Source: Podarcis melisellensis
Taxonomy: Eukaryota
Reading direction: 5' to 3' (one strand)
Length of the DNA stretch: 64,000 nt
Assembly (NCBI GenBank): GCA_964234715.1
Contig: OZ174285.1
A model generated the notes under the pieces. It was given only the letters and a program-made list of their open reading frames with translations. It did no database searches and was not told the origin of the DNA. The number at the start of each line of letters is the position of its first letter. Position 1 is the first letter of the stretch. A program made the translations under genes and the position numbers. This document shows, piece after piece, positions 49,209-61,935 of the stretch.

Positions 49209-49392
49209 CGGGGTGCCCAAACTTTTTTTCAAAGAGGGCCAGATTTGATGAAGTGAACATGGGTGAGGGGCGACCAAAGTTGCTGAGCTTTTTTTTAGGA
49301 ATTTACCCAGCACATATACTGCCATGGGGGGGCTGGATTAAATCGACCAGTGGGCCAGATTAGGCCCCCAAAACGGACTTTGGACATGCCTG
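49209..49392. mobile_element. hAT-Charlie-type MITE
   Basis: 8-bp TSD TTCTAAGA (49201-49208, 49393-49400); TIRs cggggtgcccaaa / tttggacatgcctg. Confidence 0.85.
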
Positions 49393-50477
49393 TTCTAAGA
49401 GATATGTAATTTGATGAATATTTGTTTTTTTGTTTGTTCAGAGTAAAGCAGAACCTTGGAAGGAGGTTCTATCTCTGACTTAACGTAACGAACAGTTTAT
49501 TTTTTGTGTCAAATGCAAGTGACAATCTTCAGAAATACTGTGTTATTGAAGGAGAGATTATTATAGTTCTTACCTGCACTTCAGTAGTAGATCTACTGGG
49601 GCTTAGATCTAGGGGGCTGAGGGGAGCAGTGATACAACATATAAAAATATGATACAATTTAAATAGCAATAATGATCAACAACCCCAGCCCTAAATCCAA
49701 AACAATAATCCAGGGAGGAACACTGGAGTTAAATGTTATTCTTCTGCTTTAAGATTTTTCATATACACAGTATCTATCAGCCTGCTGAACAGCTGCAGAG
49801 AAGTTTTTTTTAATTGTTTGTCTTTGCTGTAAGAGTGATAATTTGCTGATCTTGGTTGCAGTGTTATAAAAATGAACAGGCTACCGATGCAGAAAAGTAA
49901 AATAATTTCAGATTTTTATTAACTAGTAAAAGAGATGACACAATTGGCTGAAATTAATTCAGTCAAAACCAGTAAACTGACTCACATTTAACACTAAAAC
50001 CATGGCTGACTGAGAATGTTTGAGTGTGGCGGTACTCAAAGGGAAAATGGTGGTTGATCCGCTGTTCCCCTGGTTGTCCTGCTGCCAAGCTGCCTGGAGC
50101 TAAACCATGGTTTAGCTTAGCATAACATATGAACTCGTGCTCGTGGTATGTCTGGAACCAACAAACCACAAGCTGTAGCCAAGGTTTGGCTTGCCGTGAT
50201 TTACCTGGGGGACAGAAACCACAAACCCAGGCTGGGGCATAATGCTAAGCAAATCCATAGCTTAGCTTGGACACCACAACCAGGGTAGTGGTGAAGTTAA
50301 TTGTGGTTTTTACAAAAGGTATCCGCACATTCATGTGTTCTTGCCTAGCCATGATTTGGCTCAACATTACATGAGAGCTGAGCCAGTATGTAAATGTTTT
50401 CCTGAGTAAAATGGTGAAGATGGTATATACCGACATGTTCTCCCATTCCATATATTCTTACAACACCTATTATTACT

Positions 50478-51048
50478 GTTTATTGTATTTATACCTCACT
50501 TTTCTTCCAAGGAGAGGGACGCAGATGCCGCTGTGGGTTAAACCACAGAGCCTAGGACTTGCTGATCAGAAGGTCGGTGGTTTGAATCCCCGCAACGGGG
50601 TGAACTCCTGTTGCTCGGTCCCTGCTCCTGCCAACCTAGCAGTTCAAAAGCACGTCAAAGTGCAAGTAGATAAATAGGTACCGCTCCGGCGGGAAGGTAA
50701 GCGGCATTTCTATGTGCTGCTCTGGTTCGCCAGAAGCAGCTTTGTCATGCTGGCCACATGACCCGGAAGCTGTACGCCAGCTCCCTCGGCCAGTAAAGCG
50801 AGATGAGCGCCGCAACCCCAGAGTCAGCCTCAACTGGATCTAATGTTCAGGGGTCCCTTTACCTTTTCTTCCAAGGAGCTCAAGGCTCTTCCATACATAT
50901 ATTTTATTTTCTCACCAGCAAGCTAGTTTAGGGTGAAAGATTGTGCCTGGATCCAGGTTACCCAGTGAGCTTCACGACCAAGCAGAGATTGAGCCAGAGT
51001 CTCCTCAGTCCCAGTCTTGCACTCTACTCATTACACTATGATGGTTCT
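50478..51048 (-). mobile_element. Old MIR/Squam3-like SINE split by a younger Sauria SINE
   Basis: caggttacccagtgagcttc...ctctactcattacac resembles the 33858-34105 SINE; contiguous once 50516-50878 is removed. Confidence 0.55.
50516..50862 (+). mobile_element. Sauria SINE, full length
   Basis: GGGACGCAG head, CCCTTTACC tail; 16-bp TSD CTTTTCTTCCAAGGAG (50499-50514, 50863-50878). Confidence 0.9.
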
Positions 51049-51321
51049 TGACCGCCCATCTTTGAATCAACTTAATTTACATCGCAGAGCTTTACCAAGC
51101 TCAAATATAGTACAACAGCATTACAACTATATCCCAGATAGTACAGAAGCAGTTAGCTACTACATTAAAAGGGTTGTTTATAAATATCTTAAACAAATAA
51201 ATATAGAAGAGATAAAATGGTTGCTTGAATACACAAGTTTGAAACAGCAAGTTGTTCACTGTGGCTGGGGAAACCCAGCCTGATGGGCAAAGTATAATAA
51301 TAATAATAATAATAATAATAA

Positions 51322-51686
51322 GCGCTATGGTCTAACTATTGAGTCTCTTGGGCTTGCCAATCAGAAGGTTGGCAGTTCGATTCCCCATGACGGGGTGAGC
51401 TCCTATTGCTCTGTCCCAGCTCCCGCCAACCTAGCAGTTTGAAAGCACACCAGTGCAAGTAGATAAATAGGTACCGCTGCGGCAGGAAGGTAAATGGTAT
51501 TTCTGTGCACTCTGGTTTCTTTCACGGTGTTCAGTCACGCCAGAAGTGAATAAGTCATGCTGGCCACATGACCCGGAAAGCTGTCTGCGGACAAACACCG
51601 GCTCCCTCGGCCTGAAAACAAGATGAACGCTGCAACCCCATAATCGCCTTTGACTGGACTTTACCGTCCAGGGGTCCTTTACCTTT
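51322..51686 (+). mobile_element. Sauria SINE directly after an L2 (AAT)n tail remnant (about 51260-51321)
   Basis: Core and ggggtcctttaccttt tail; about 150 bp from the SNX24 exon 3 donor. Confidence 0.85.
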
Positions 51687-51833
51687 ATACCTTATTATTA
51701 TGATACTTCACTGTGTCAATATTCTGAAACAATGGATGAGCATTGATGGATTTCAGTGGGTCAGCTCAAACCATGACTAAGTCTGGATCAAACACATGGT
51801 TCAAGGAAATAGGCACTGCTATAAGTAGCTCAC

Positions 51834-51938
51834 CTGTAAATAAGCTTCCAAACCTTGCCGACGCTGTTCCAGAACTTTGGGCACCCAGTTCCTTACATGC
51901 TTCGAAGGGATTTCTGGTGTTCTTATGCATTTCTTAAG
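51834..51938 (-). CDS. SNX24: SNX24 exon 3, LKKCIRTPEIPSKHVRNWVPKVLEQRRQGLEAYLQ
   Basis: 105 bp; tgtag| acceptor, |gtgagc donor; PX-domain PxxPxK and RRxxLExYL motifs. Confidence 0.97.
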
Positions 51939-54900
51939 CTACAAATATGAACAGAAATACATTTCTCCCAAATAAAGTCCCTTTAGAAATTTAAAAGAAA
52001 GCATTCAAAGAGAGGTAAAAACAGGGAATACAAAACTAGAAAGAAACAGGAAGGAGGGTTGGGGAGACAGGAAGACAGTGAAATGAATTTTGTTATCAAA
52101 AACCTTAACAGTCTACAAATAAACTGACTTTATTCCATTACAAATGTTATTGTATACAAGATGGTGTAGTGAATTTGAAATAAATACTATTAACAGGCAA
52201 CATGCTGGGCAATTTCTTAAAGCAAGAACTAAGCATTCTGTTATGTCAGTTAAATATTACTGTGTGAACTGGCCAATCTACACACCTAATAAAATCTAAA
52301 GAATTTAGTTTAACACAGATTTTAGCTGCACTCTTGTGTATTACGTGTATAGACAAACCTTAAAAACAGTATCACTTGCTCAAAATACAATTGACTTTAT
52401 CCCTTTCCAGGATTAGGCATTTAGAAAACAACAAATAAGCTGTGCAATACTGAACTACCCATATTTCACAGATATTTGAAGAAACAGAAAGCAAGGAACC
52501 AAGGGAATTCAACTGAAATCACAATGAAAAATAAAGTTCTGTAAATCTTAACTTGGATGTATATTGTGCTATATTAGCGACCTATTCCAGGCACTGGAAA
52601 ATGGTTCCAATGGAATAAGTGTAACTGTACTTCCCTTGTGGTAGCTAAATTTATAGGATTGCATATATAGCTGTTTTTTCATTCTGTCTTCCTTCCAGCC
52701 TCCAAACCACCTTTTAAATTTGGAGGACTTTAAGAAGTGGTTGGGTAGGTAAAGTTGCTTGACAAGGCCATACAAAACATGGGCTTGCACTATTATTTCA
52801 ATGTGCGTTAACCGTCTTCTACTAACACATTCCATCAGTGCAAGGATTTTTGCTTGCACATCAATACTTTTCCTCCCCGCTCCCCATGCCCTCCCCAAAC
52901 CTGCTCCAGATAGTTGGGAAAACTCCTAGGCCATATTTAGGGAGCCCACAAAGGTGGGGGGAGAATGTTCTGTTGAACGAACAGAAATCCCTGTGCTGAT
53001 GGAACAATGGTCTTATAGCAGTACACTGGATTCCACGCAATGGATTGGAAGTCTTCCTTTGTAGGAATGGCAGAAGCCACACCTGTATAGGAAGAAAGGA
53101 AGAATCAGGACTGCACTCTCCAGCGTGCTCCCAGTTCTTCATCTGAAATTGAATCACCTGAGGGTCTGTGACATCAGGAGATTTACCAAAATGGATTGTC
53201 AAGGATGGGAGAGCTCCATATCTCGTCTGCTAGCTAGCCACCTTGTTTAATTTGTTGTGCTTATCTTCCATTGTGTTGCTTTTAAGATATGCATATGGAT
53301 TTTCTTTATGTTGCTAGCCACCCTTTGGAGTATTTTATGATGGAAGGCCAGGATTCATATGTCTTAAACAACTAACTACTGGGAGACATCTGTGCGGGCT
53401 TTATCAAGTCACCCTCTCTTATCCTTAGGTCTCTCTTGTGTGTAGTAAGAACCACAACTCAGGACTGCTATAAAGATGAGCCAGAGAAATATTTGTAAAG
53501 CTGAATGAGTGATTAACAAGGTTCCAAGCAGAAGCCCATCTACGATTCAAAAGAGAAAAAGAGAAAGTGAAAAGCACTTAAGAGTGGATTTCCTATATTT
53601 GATACAAGGCGACATAGGTATTCTCTCACCTCTAAATGAATGTGATGGATGTGTGTGCGGAATTGCAAAGACAGAAACTCAAAATTGACTTTGACGTGCA
53701 CACCCACAGGAGTTGAGAAATTTACATTTCATCTTTGAGCCTGAGGAGATGTCACCCTATTGAAAGCTGTGTCAACAAAAGTCTCTGCTGATAAAAAGTT
53801 TGAACATCCAAAACCATTGCTCAAGGAAGACTATACAATACAATGGCTCATATACCCACACAATTGTTCTAGGAGAGGTCTTTAATAAGAAAACCAGTAA
53901 GGCAGAAAGGGAAAACCCAAAAATTCCACTGAAATTCCACTCATAAGTGATTTTTTTTTTTTGGTAGCATTTCTAGTTTGGAAGAATTAAGGAACACACA
54001 CCTTCTTGCTCTTACATCTCCACTTCCTGATAAAATGCTACATGAGCTGAGCACACTTTTTTAAAAAAAGTATGGTTGCATCACAGAAACATTATTGCAG
54101 GGGTGAGGAGCCTCCAGACTAAATGTAGCCCTCTAGGTCTCCTCATTTGGTCTGGCAGACCATTTTCAGCAAGCCACATGGGTGAGAGAATTTCAATGGA
54201 GCAATTGGGAGCTTAAAGCTCCCCAGTTGTTCGATGCATCCAGCAAAGCATGCAACTCTCTGCCTATCCTCCATCAGCTGATGGACAGATCACAGTGCAC
54301 CTTCAGTCCTCTTGAAGGTAGGGCCTTCAAAGGCATACTCCCATTCTCCATCATTCTCTGATGGGCAGATCAGAGCACATCCCCTTTTCCACTTCTCCTT
54401 CAAACTGCTGAGGTATGAAAGAGAAACTGGGAGGATAGAGGGGTACGTAAACCCTTTATAAACATCCCAGCCCTGGTCTGTGAATGTGTACAAAGGGCTT
54501 TAAAACAGCCCATCCTCCCATCTGCTTCAAACAGAGGAGGTAAGATAAAGCAGAGGACATAGGACAAAGCCATCATGACCTGTAGCCATTATCCGCCATT
54601 CTTCTAATCCTGTTTTTAAGCCATCCAAGCTGGTGGCCATTACTACATGTTGTGGGAGTGAATTTTATCTTTCGCTTGTCTCAAATCTTCAAAAATTCAG
54701 CTTCTCCGGATAACCCTGGGATTCTAGTATTATGCAAAAGGAAGAAAAACATCTCTAACTTTCTCCACCACATCATGTGCAATTTTATGCCCCCCTATCT
54801 TTACTTGCCTTTCCCCCTAAAGAGCCCTAAATATTGTATCCTTTCCCCACAGGGCTCGAAAGACAAAAGAAATGAAACACAAAAGATGCAGAAACCAGAG

Positions 54901-54970
54901 AAATCACTTTGGAACAAGTGGAGGGAAGGTTCAAGCAGAATCACTTTAACAACTTACGTACAATATTTAC

Positions 54971-55054
54971 CTTTTTATGAAGAGCATGAAATTCACTATA
55001 CCGCTTTTCAACAAAGTGCTTTCTTCCATTCATTAGTACCTCTATCTTAAAGAC
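54971..55054 (-). CDS. SNX24: SNX24 exon 2, [28 protein letters not shown] (exon 1 is outside the window to the right)
   Basis: 84 bp; ttacag| acceptor, |gtaaat donor; PX-domain phosphoinositide-binding KRYSEF motif. Confidence 0.97.
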
Positions 55055-55356
55055 CTGTAAAAACCAATTCAAGAGATTACTTTACCTGTTCAAAACCCTG
55101 TTTTGCTTTGTGATGTGTTTAAAGGAAAGAATTACTGGAGCTGATTTGTTCCCTCCCCCCAAACACAAGACACTCAGGAGATACTGAGGTGTAGCCACTG
55201 ATTAATGAGTGTGCTGGTTAAATCCCCTGCTAACCAGTGGGCTCCACAAATACATCCAAGGACAATTAAGATTTGTGAGGTTTAAAAAACTTCCACTATA
55301 CAATCAATCCAGTAGAAGCGCGCGCGCGCACACACACACACACATATATATATACA

Positions 55357-55986
55357 CCGTATTTTACGCCCTATAAGGCGCACTGGCCCATAGGACACAC
55401 CTCGTGTTTTTTGGGGGGAAATGAATAAAAAAAATTATTCTCCCCCCCAGCCCACAGAACAGGCTGCTACCGGGCGCGCAAGGCTTGCGGACACCTACCC
55501 AAAGCACGGGGCGTCCTCTGGAGGGCGCCCCGTGCTTCGGGCTGCAGGCTGCCGCCCCAAGCCTCGCGCGCCCGGCGGGACCTCCCCCCGGGCGTGCAAG
55601 GCTTGCAGACAGCAGCCCTAAGGACGGGGCAGGCTCTGCAGCCCGCCCCGTGCTTCGGGCTGCAGGCTGCCGCCCCAAGCCTCGCGCGCCCGGCGGGACC
55701 TCCCCCCGGGCGTGCAAGGCTTGCAGACAGCAGCCCTAAGGACGGGGCAGGCTCTGCAGCCCGCCCCGTGCTTCGGGCTGCAGGCTGCCGCCCCAAGCCT
55801 CCCGCCGGGTGCGCAAGGCTTGGGGACAGCTTCCTGAAGCGTGGAGAGCGAGAGGGGTCGGTGCACACCGACGCCTCTCACTCTCCAGGCTTTAGCGATA
55901 GCCTGCATTTGCCCCATAGGATGCACACACATTTCCCCTTCATTTTTGGAGGGGAAAAAGTGCGCCCTATAGGGCGAAAAATACGG
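55357..55986. mobile_element. Tc1/mariner-superfamily (Tc2/pogo-like CCGTA terminus) MITE with GC-rich internal tandem repeat
   Basis: TIR CCGTATTTT(A/T)CGCCCTATA(A/G)GGCGCACT, 26 of 28 matching; inserted in a TA-rich microsatellite. Confidence 0.88.
55526..55801. repeat. 118-bp tandem repeat, about 2.3 identical units
   Basis: cgtgcttcgggctgcaggctgccgccccaagcct recurs at 55531, 55649 and 55767. Confidence 0.92.
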
Positions 55987-58900
55987 TATATATAAAAAGC
56001 AAAACAACTCAAGAATATATGGGTCTTCCAGTGATGTGCTATCAACACATCAACAACCTTACACACATACATTTCAGTGATAGTGGTAGCATGTCTTGTG
56101 GAACACACAAAATATAAATGCAAAGACTATACTGCAGGTTAATTTCCACCTAACCTACATATTCATCTCTAGTCTCAGCTGGGCTTGCTCTAGTGTTTAC
56201 ACCATTAAAAAAAATGGTTTGGGCTCATTTTCTTTGCATGATGTGTATGACAGCTTTTGCTTCCTCCTGTGGAAGGTTGAAAGGCCAGCTGAAGATGCTC
56301 TCTAGTTCCACTAATTAGTAGCCACTAACATGACATTTTCTTGATTTTCAGGTCACTGGGTCAGATCTCAGGGCAGGTGACAAGAAGTATCTCAAAATGC
56401 TCATGAAAACATAACCTAGCAAAACCAAGGCCAGAAGAAAAGCATAATAAGGAGAGGCCATCGCTACTGGAACCAAATGTGCCTACTGCCAGGATTTGTC
56501 CTATTAGGAGAGCCTTGGATTAGATAAAGTCAGGGCACCAATATTAGAAACCAATTCTAGACCAGAAACTACCAACTTGAGAAAGGTTTTTGGATAGGGA
56601 ACCTTGGCATAGCTGCTGCGCTGTGCTAAACTAAAAGGGCAGGGGAGGAGCAAATTGAATGCAATTTGCCAGGTTGCTAGACATCAAAAGTTGGGAGAGT
56701 GCTGTTGCACTCAGATTTCTGGCTGGTTACTGTGAGAACAAGATATTGAACCAAAGAAGGCCTTCAGCCTGAACCAGCATGCTTGCGACAAGCCATGGTT
56801 TGGCTTAGCATTACATGTAAACGTGGCCAGTATGCCTGAAGACCCCTGAAACTGTTCTCTACATTGTCACGAGGATACTTTTATCACTCTAATGTAATCT
56901 GTTCACATTACACGGAGATAGTTAGAAGAGTCAGCATTTCAGATCATGTACTGGACTCTGCATGGAATCTGTGTACACAGCACACTTTTGGTCACCTTCA
57001 CCTTTTCTCTCCCTTTTCTTAACTTTATTCTGGAAGCTTAAGCCATTGGTGCCAATGACTGTGAGTACTAATTCTTCAAATTAAATGCTCTGACACACAT
57101 GACAACAATGCTCCATCGAGCCAGGGTTGCAGTGATCCAAAGGACTAGCGGCCAATGAGAATTGTAATGTCAGAAAGAGCTTATACTCACACATAGACAC
57201 ACATGCTCTTTCAGACATTATGCTGAAAGTGAATGGGGAAGCCAGTAGTAGAAAACTCTGTCTCTGCTCCTTCCACATTCAGAAAATATCTGAAGACTGC
57301 TATTCTTTTGGTTATGCATTCACATGTCAGTATGAGGAAGGGCATTTTGCACCCCTCAAAATAGAGTATTTATTATCCATATTATTAATTTAATTTCAAT
57401 TAGTCCTACTGTGGTTATCTGATCACTATTTAGAATCTCAGCATGAGTACTATGGTCAGCCTAATGTGGAACAAAGGTGTATTCTGAAGCAATACAGATT
57501 TGTGCATAAAAGAAAGGGAAACTTTCCTAACAGTTAAACATTTTGAGGTTTTATTAAATATGGACATGCATGTAGAAATTTTCATAATAAGCAGTAAAGG
57601 TCGCCTATAAAAGATCTTACCAAGCAACAAGTAATGAGTTTATAGCAATATAAACCCTAACAATTGTGTTTACACGACACGAACAATCCCCATATGAAAT
57701 ATTCATGCAGTTACCATACCACATTCTTATCTTAAAGTTGAGAGAGTAATGGGACTTCCCATAAGGACTGGGAATCCCTGACAGCCTCCTGCCTCCTCAA
57801 TGTCTAACCATCCAAAAATATTAAAATATTTGATCCTTCACCCATCCCTGCCCTAGGACAGAAGCAGCCATTGGGAGAAATGGCAGTTTCCCTTTCAAGG
57901 AAAATGACAGACTTTGGGGGAGCAAGTAGAGGGACAATTTTCACTAGGATACAGGATTCAGAGTTAAGAACACTTCCTGCAAGCCATGGCGTCAGTTGTG
58001 AACAAATCCCTCTTTCGATTGGCTGTAACTTCTTAAGTAAACAGAAAACTCGTTAATAGGTCAAATGTGTATTGTTCAATTATCTGGTTTGATCCGTTTA
58101 GCAACCGGCAAACATACAGTGTTATACATTGTCTTTTAACTGCATAATCAGTCAGCGCATTAAATAGAACAGATAAGATCTACAATGATTTGTCAGCCAA
58201 ATAATCTTAATTTCTCACCATTACCATAATAAAATCCATGCTCAATCCGTAACAAAGTATTTTTTTTCTGCATGGAGCCAATCCCTTATAGGGATAACAA
58301 TTAGACATTTAAAATGTCTGCCAGAATTTAACTCATATTAATAGGAAGAATAGCTTTTGGTTTGAAGTACGTGTGGAAACTCATATTTTTTTCTTCTGGC
58401 CATCATGCCAAGTAGATGACATTTTATTTTATAACCATCAAAAAGCTGGAGAGGAAGAACTGGGGCCTATTAAATCAAAGTCCTGTTTTAAGAATTCTTT
58501 TTAGGAAGCCATAACAAAGTCTTTCAAGGTTCTTGGATCAATCTGCATAACAGCTGTCTTTATTTAAAATTATTTTTTAACATAGACCAGTAAGTCATCA
58601 TCTGATTACCAGTTATAATAAAAATATGAAAGACAGTCGTAAGTTGGGGAGACTATCTTCCATCTTACTATAGCAAAAAAGCATATCCATTCCAATTTCC
58701 AGAACCAGAACCATATTCCTTTTCTGACTGCATTCCAGTTTTAAGCCTTGTGACTGAGAGACAGTGACATAATGGGAAGGGCTATAGCTCAGTGTAGAAT
58801 ATATGCTTTGGATCAGGGTCAAAAACTCATCGATATATAAGCGAATCGCCAAATGACACCCTAAACCTAGATTATGGTTGCCACAACAGAATGTCTAGGC

Positions 58901-59123
58901 ACCAATTTATTTTAAAATGAAATCATCATCATTTCATTTCAATACCACTTTATATATTTTTAAAAAAATCTCAAAGTGCTTTACAGCACATTAAAACATC
59001 AAATAAAACAAATGCAAGCTTCAAGGGAAATGTTTCAGATCCTTCTCTAAGTGACGTTTTCCTTTCTCTATATTTATTTACCTACTTTATTTAAATAGCT
59101 GCCCCATAGCAGCAGTACTCTAG

Positions 59124-59445
59124 GAAGCAAGTGTGGTGTAGTGGTCAGAGCGCTGGACTAGGACCTGGGAGATCCAGGTTCAAATTTTGAATGTTCCAGA
59201 AGTCGAATGTTTCGGTTTTCGAATGCAGAAAACCCAGAAGTAAATGCTTCAGTTTTCGAACGCGCCTCAGAAGTTGAACGGGTTCCTCTGAGTTTCCCCC
59301 CAATTTTCTCTATTGAATTTGCAGACTGCTCTTTGTGCCTAGGTTTTCAAATGTTTCGGAACTCAAACAGTCTTCTGGATTGGATTACGTTCGAAAACCG
59401 AGATACCACTGTACTCTTTGGAGAAAAAGGTGGGAGACAAATGCA
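59124..59445 (+). mobile_element. tRNA-derived SINE head (59124-59184) interrupted by a partial Tigger-like MITE (about 59186-59411)
   Basis: tggtgtagtggtcagagc...ggttcaaat A/B boxes; MITE ends ...CCGAGATACCACTG|TA. Confidence 0.6.
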
Positions 59446-59748
59446 GTATATAAGCTCTTCTGCTTACCTGCTTAAGACAACTGGAGGGCCCTGCCAGATG
59501 GAGATGTCAGACGCCAATCTGGCATCCAGAGATCTCCATGTGGTCGCAATTGGACCCGCGCCAGTTGCAAAGATTCCTGGCACCTGGGGAACTTCGAACA
59601 ATGTTTTGGATGCAGAAGGTCCCAGGTTCAATCCAGGGCAGCTTCAGGTAGGGTTCAAAAAGATTCCTGCCCCAAACCCTGCAAAGCTGTTGGCTGGCAG
59701 TGCATGTACAACAGTGAGCTGCAGGCAGTGGTGAAGTCAGGTGATTTT

Positions 59749-60045
59749 GTTGTTGTTGTTTAGTCGTTTAGTTGTGTCTGACTCTTCGTGACCCCATGGA
59801 CCAGAGCACGCCAGGCACTCCTGTCTTTCACTGCCTCCTGCAGTTTGGTCCAACTCATGCTGGTAGCTTCGAGAACACTGTCCAACCATCTCGTCCTCTG
59901 TTGTCCCCTTCTCCTTGTGCCCTCCATCTTTCCCAACATCAGGTCTTTTCCAGGGAGTCTTCTCTTCTCATGAGGTGGCCAAAGTATTGGAGCCTCAGCT
60001 TCAGGATCTGTCCTTCCAGTGAGCACTCAGGCCTGATTTCCTTAA
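59749..60045 (-). mobile_element. Bov-B LINE (RTE clade) 3' fragment
   Basis: Translates ...LMLGKMEGTRRRGQQRTRWLDSV...DRSAWRALVHGVTKSQTQLN; (CAA)n tail; 8-bp TSD GTGATTTT (59741-59748, 60046-60053). Confidence 0.9.
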
Positions 60046-61670
60046 GTGATTTTAGACCCTGCATTTACTGGTAACTTTGCTTGTTTCCAACTGAACATTC
60101 AATCCACTATAGCTCTGGTTTTCAAACTCTGTTTCCAAGACCCCTAGGATTCTCTGGAAGCTTGTGGAGGTTCCTTGTGAAGAACAGAAAACACTCTACA
60201 GATTCTGTCAGAACAACGAAGAGGTCCAAAATTTGGCCAGTCCATCCTTCAGACGAAAGGTTTTTACAAAGAAAATGAAAGGTTCATGAAAATAAGGTCT
60301 GATGTCTAAGTTGAGTTTGTCTCATTCCAAATGCAAACAATTGCGTTTGTTATTTTTCTCTTACGTTGGTTAAAGTTTAAAATTGTGCTTTCTCTTTTAA
60401 ATACCCTAATCACATCTCTCTCATCTGTTTATTTTTCAGCAAGCATTTGAATGTGACCCAGGAATGGTCTGCTTCAGCATGTAAAAAGTTTCTTTTTTAA
60501 AAAAGAAAATAATTGCTTTCTGTTAATGACTCATATACTCAAGAATTGTAGTAAGAGCTTATGCACAGTAATATAATTCACTTCTAGTTCCTAAAAAATG
60601 ACTTCGGATGAGTCAACAAACCATTCAAAAGAATGCTTTGGTTTTTAGAACTATTCTCTATAAAAATATATAAGACATACATTTTAACGAAATAGCAATG
60701 ATGCAATGATTTTAAAGTAATTCTAACTAGAAGAAGAACATACTGAAATCTGGATACTGCCTCTTTAAGCTCCTCCAGTTCTACCTACTGGATGCAGAAA
60801 GCTTTCCTGGGAATTAAAAAAATAAAAGCTGCTAGGTCAGGATGGGTGCCTGTGCTGGAGGCATGATCTTACAAAGAATTTCGGGAATGCCTAAGTGTCA
60901 GGAAGTGAATCTTGAGAGGGAAAATCTATATAGATAATTCAAGGAATGACAACTGTTTTCTGACATGTGTCAATCAGCTCATCCTCACTCCGTTTAATAT
61001 GAACTTTCCTTACCTCTTTTTGAAACCATCTTTTCAATCATTTCTGGAATCACTAGTGACAGCAAATACAGAGTGCATCTTCTGTAGCACTAGCATTTTA
61101 ATAATAATATGATGCAATGAATGAAATGCATATTTATTATAAGTCCACAAATATACCACTTAATGCATAATCTGATTAAACACAAACACAGCCTAACTAA
61201 AAACAATAAGGAAATAAAAACATAAGAGGTCACCTGCTTGCAAACTAGCATTAGTCAACTTTACAAATCCTGGTTGAATGCTGATGAACCTAATCTGCAT
61301 TTTTATTAGCCACCTGTAACCCTTGAACATCATCACAACTGATTCCACTCAGGTCAAGATTTCTCATAGACAACCTAGAGAGCATTCAAGAGATAACAAC
61401 CCATTTCAGAATCAATTTTACAAAACAGATGAAACAGATCTGACTATAGTTCACTGACTAAAAGCAAGCTATCCCTTCTAAGTATGTTGAACTTAGCTTT
61501 ACAAGAACAAAAATAAATAGCAGATAACAAAAAGAACCAGAAGCAACCGAGAGGGGAAATCTTATTGGTTATTTTGTTATTCTAATATGTGATTACTGGA
61601 ACTCTTAAAGCACCAGCAGGATCCAGTAATACAAAAACAGAAAGGATGCACACTGTACGGTCAAGTTATA

Positions 61671-61935
61671 CCCTATTTTTCGCTCTATAAGACACACCAG
61701 ACCACAAGACGCACCTAGTTTTTGGAGGAGGAAAACAAACAAACAAACAAAAATATTCTGAATCTCAGAAGCCAGAACAGCAAGAGGGATCACTGTGCAG
61801 TGAAAGCAGCAATCCCTCTTGCTGTTCTGGCTTCTGTGATAGCTGCGCAGCCTGCATTCACTCCATAAGACACAGACACATTTCCCCTTACTTTTTAGAA
61901 GGGAAAAAGTGAGTCTTATAGAGCAAAAAATATGG
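61671..61935. mobile_element. Tc1/mariner-superfamily MITE related to 55357-55986, with internal hairpin
   Basis: Termini CCCTATTTTTCGCTCTATAAGAC...GTCTTATAGAGCAAAAAATATGG; shares subterminal sequence with the 55357 element. Confidence 0.82.

Noticed and set aside
49990-50390. Cluster of AAACCATGGTTT-like palindromes (similar motifs near 19920-20070, 30770-30830 and 56790)
   Set aside because: Probably an old dispersed repeat, but ends and TSD could not be defined, so not called as a feature.
52861-53202. 113-aa - strand ORF with a strong acceptor-like site (ttcctatacag|G near 53083) in SNX24 intron 2
   Set aside because: No convincing downstream donor, no recognisable homology, and exons 2 and 3 already join in frame.
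55364-56007. Repetitive GC-rich ORFs or a CRISPR-like array
   Set aside because: Head-to-tail identical 118-bp units with no unique spacers, inside a MITE in vertebrate DNA.
58770-59184. tRNA-like A/B boxes at about 58775 and 59130
   Set aside because: Degenerate SINE heads; no complete cloverleaf.
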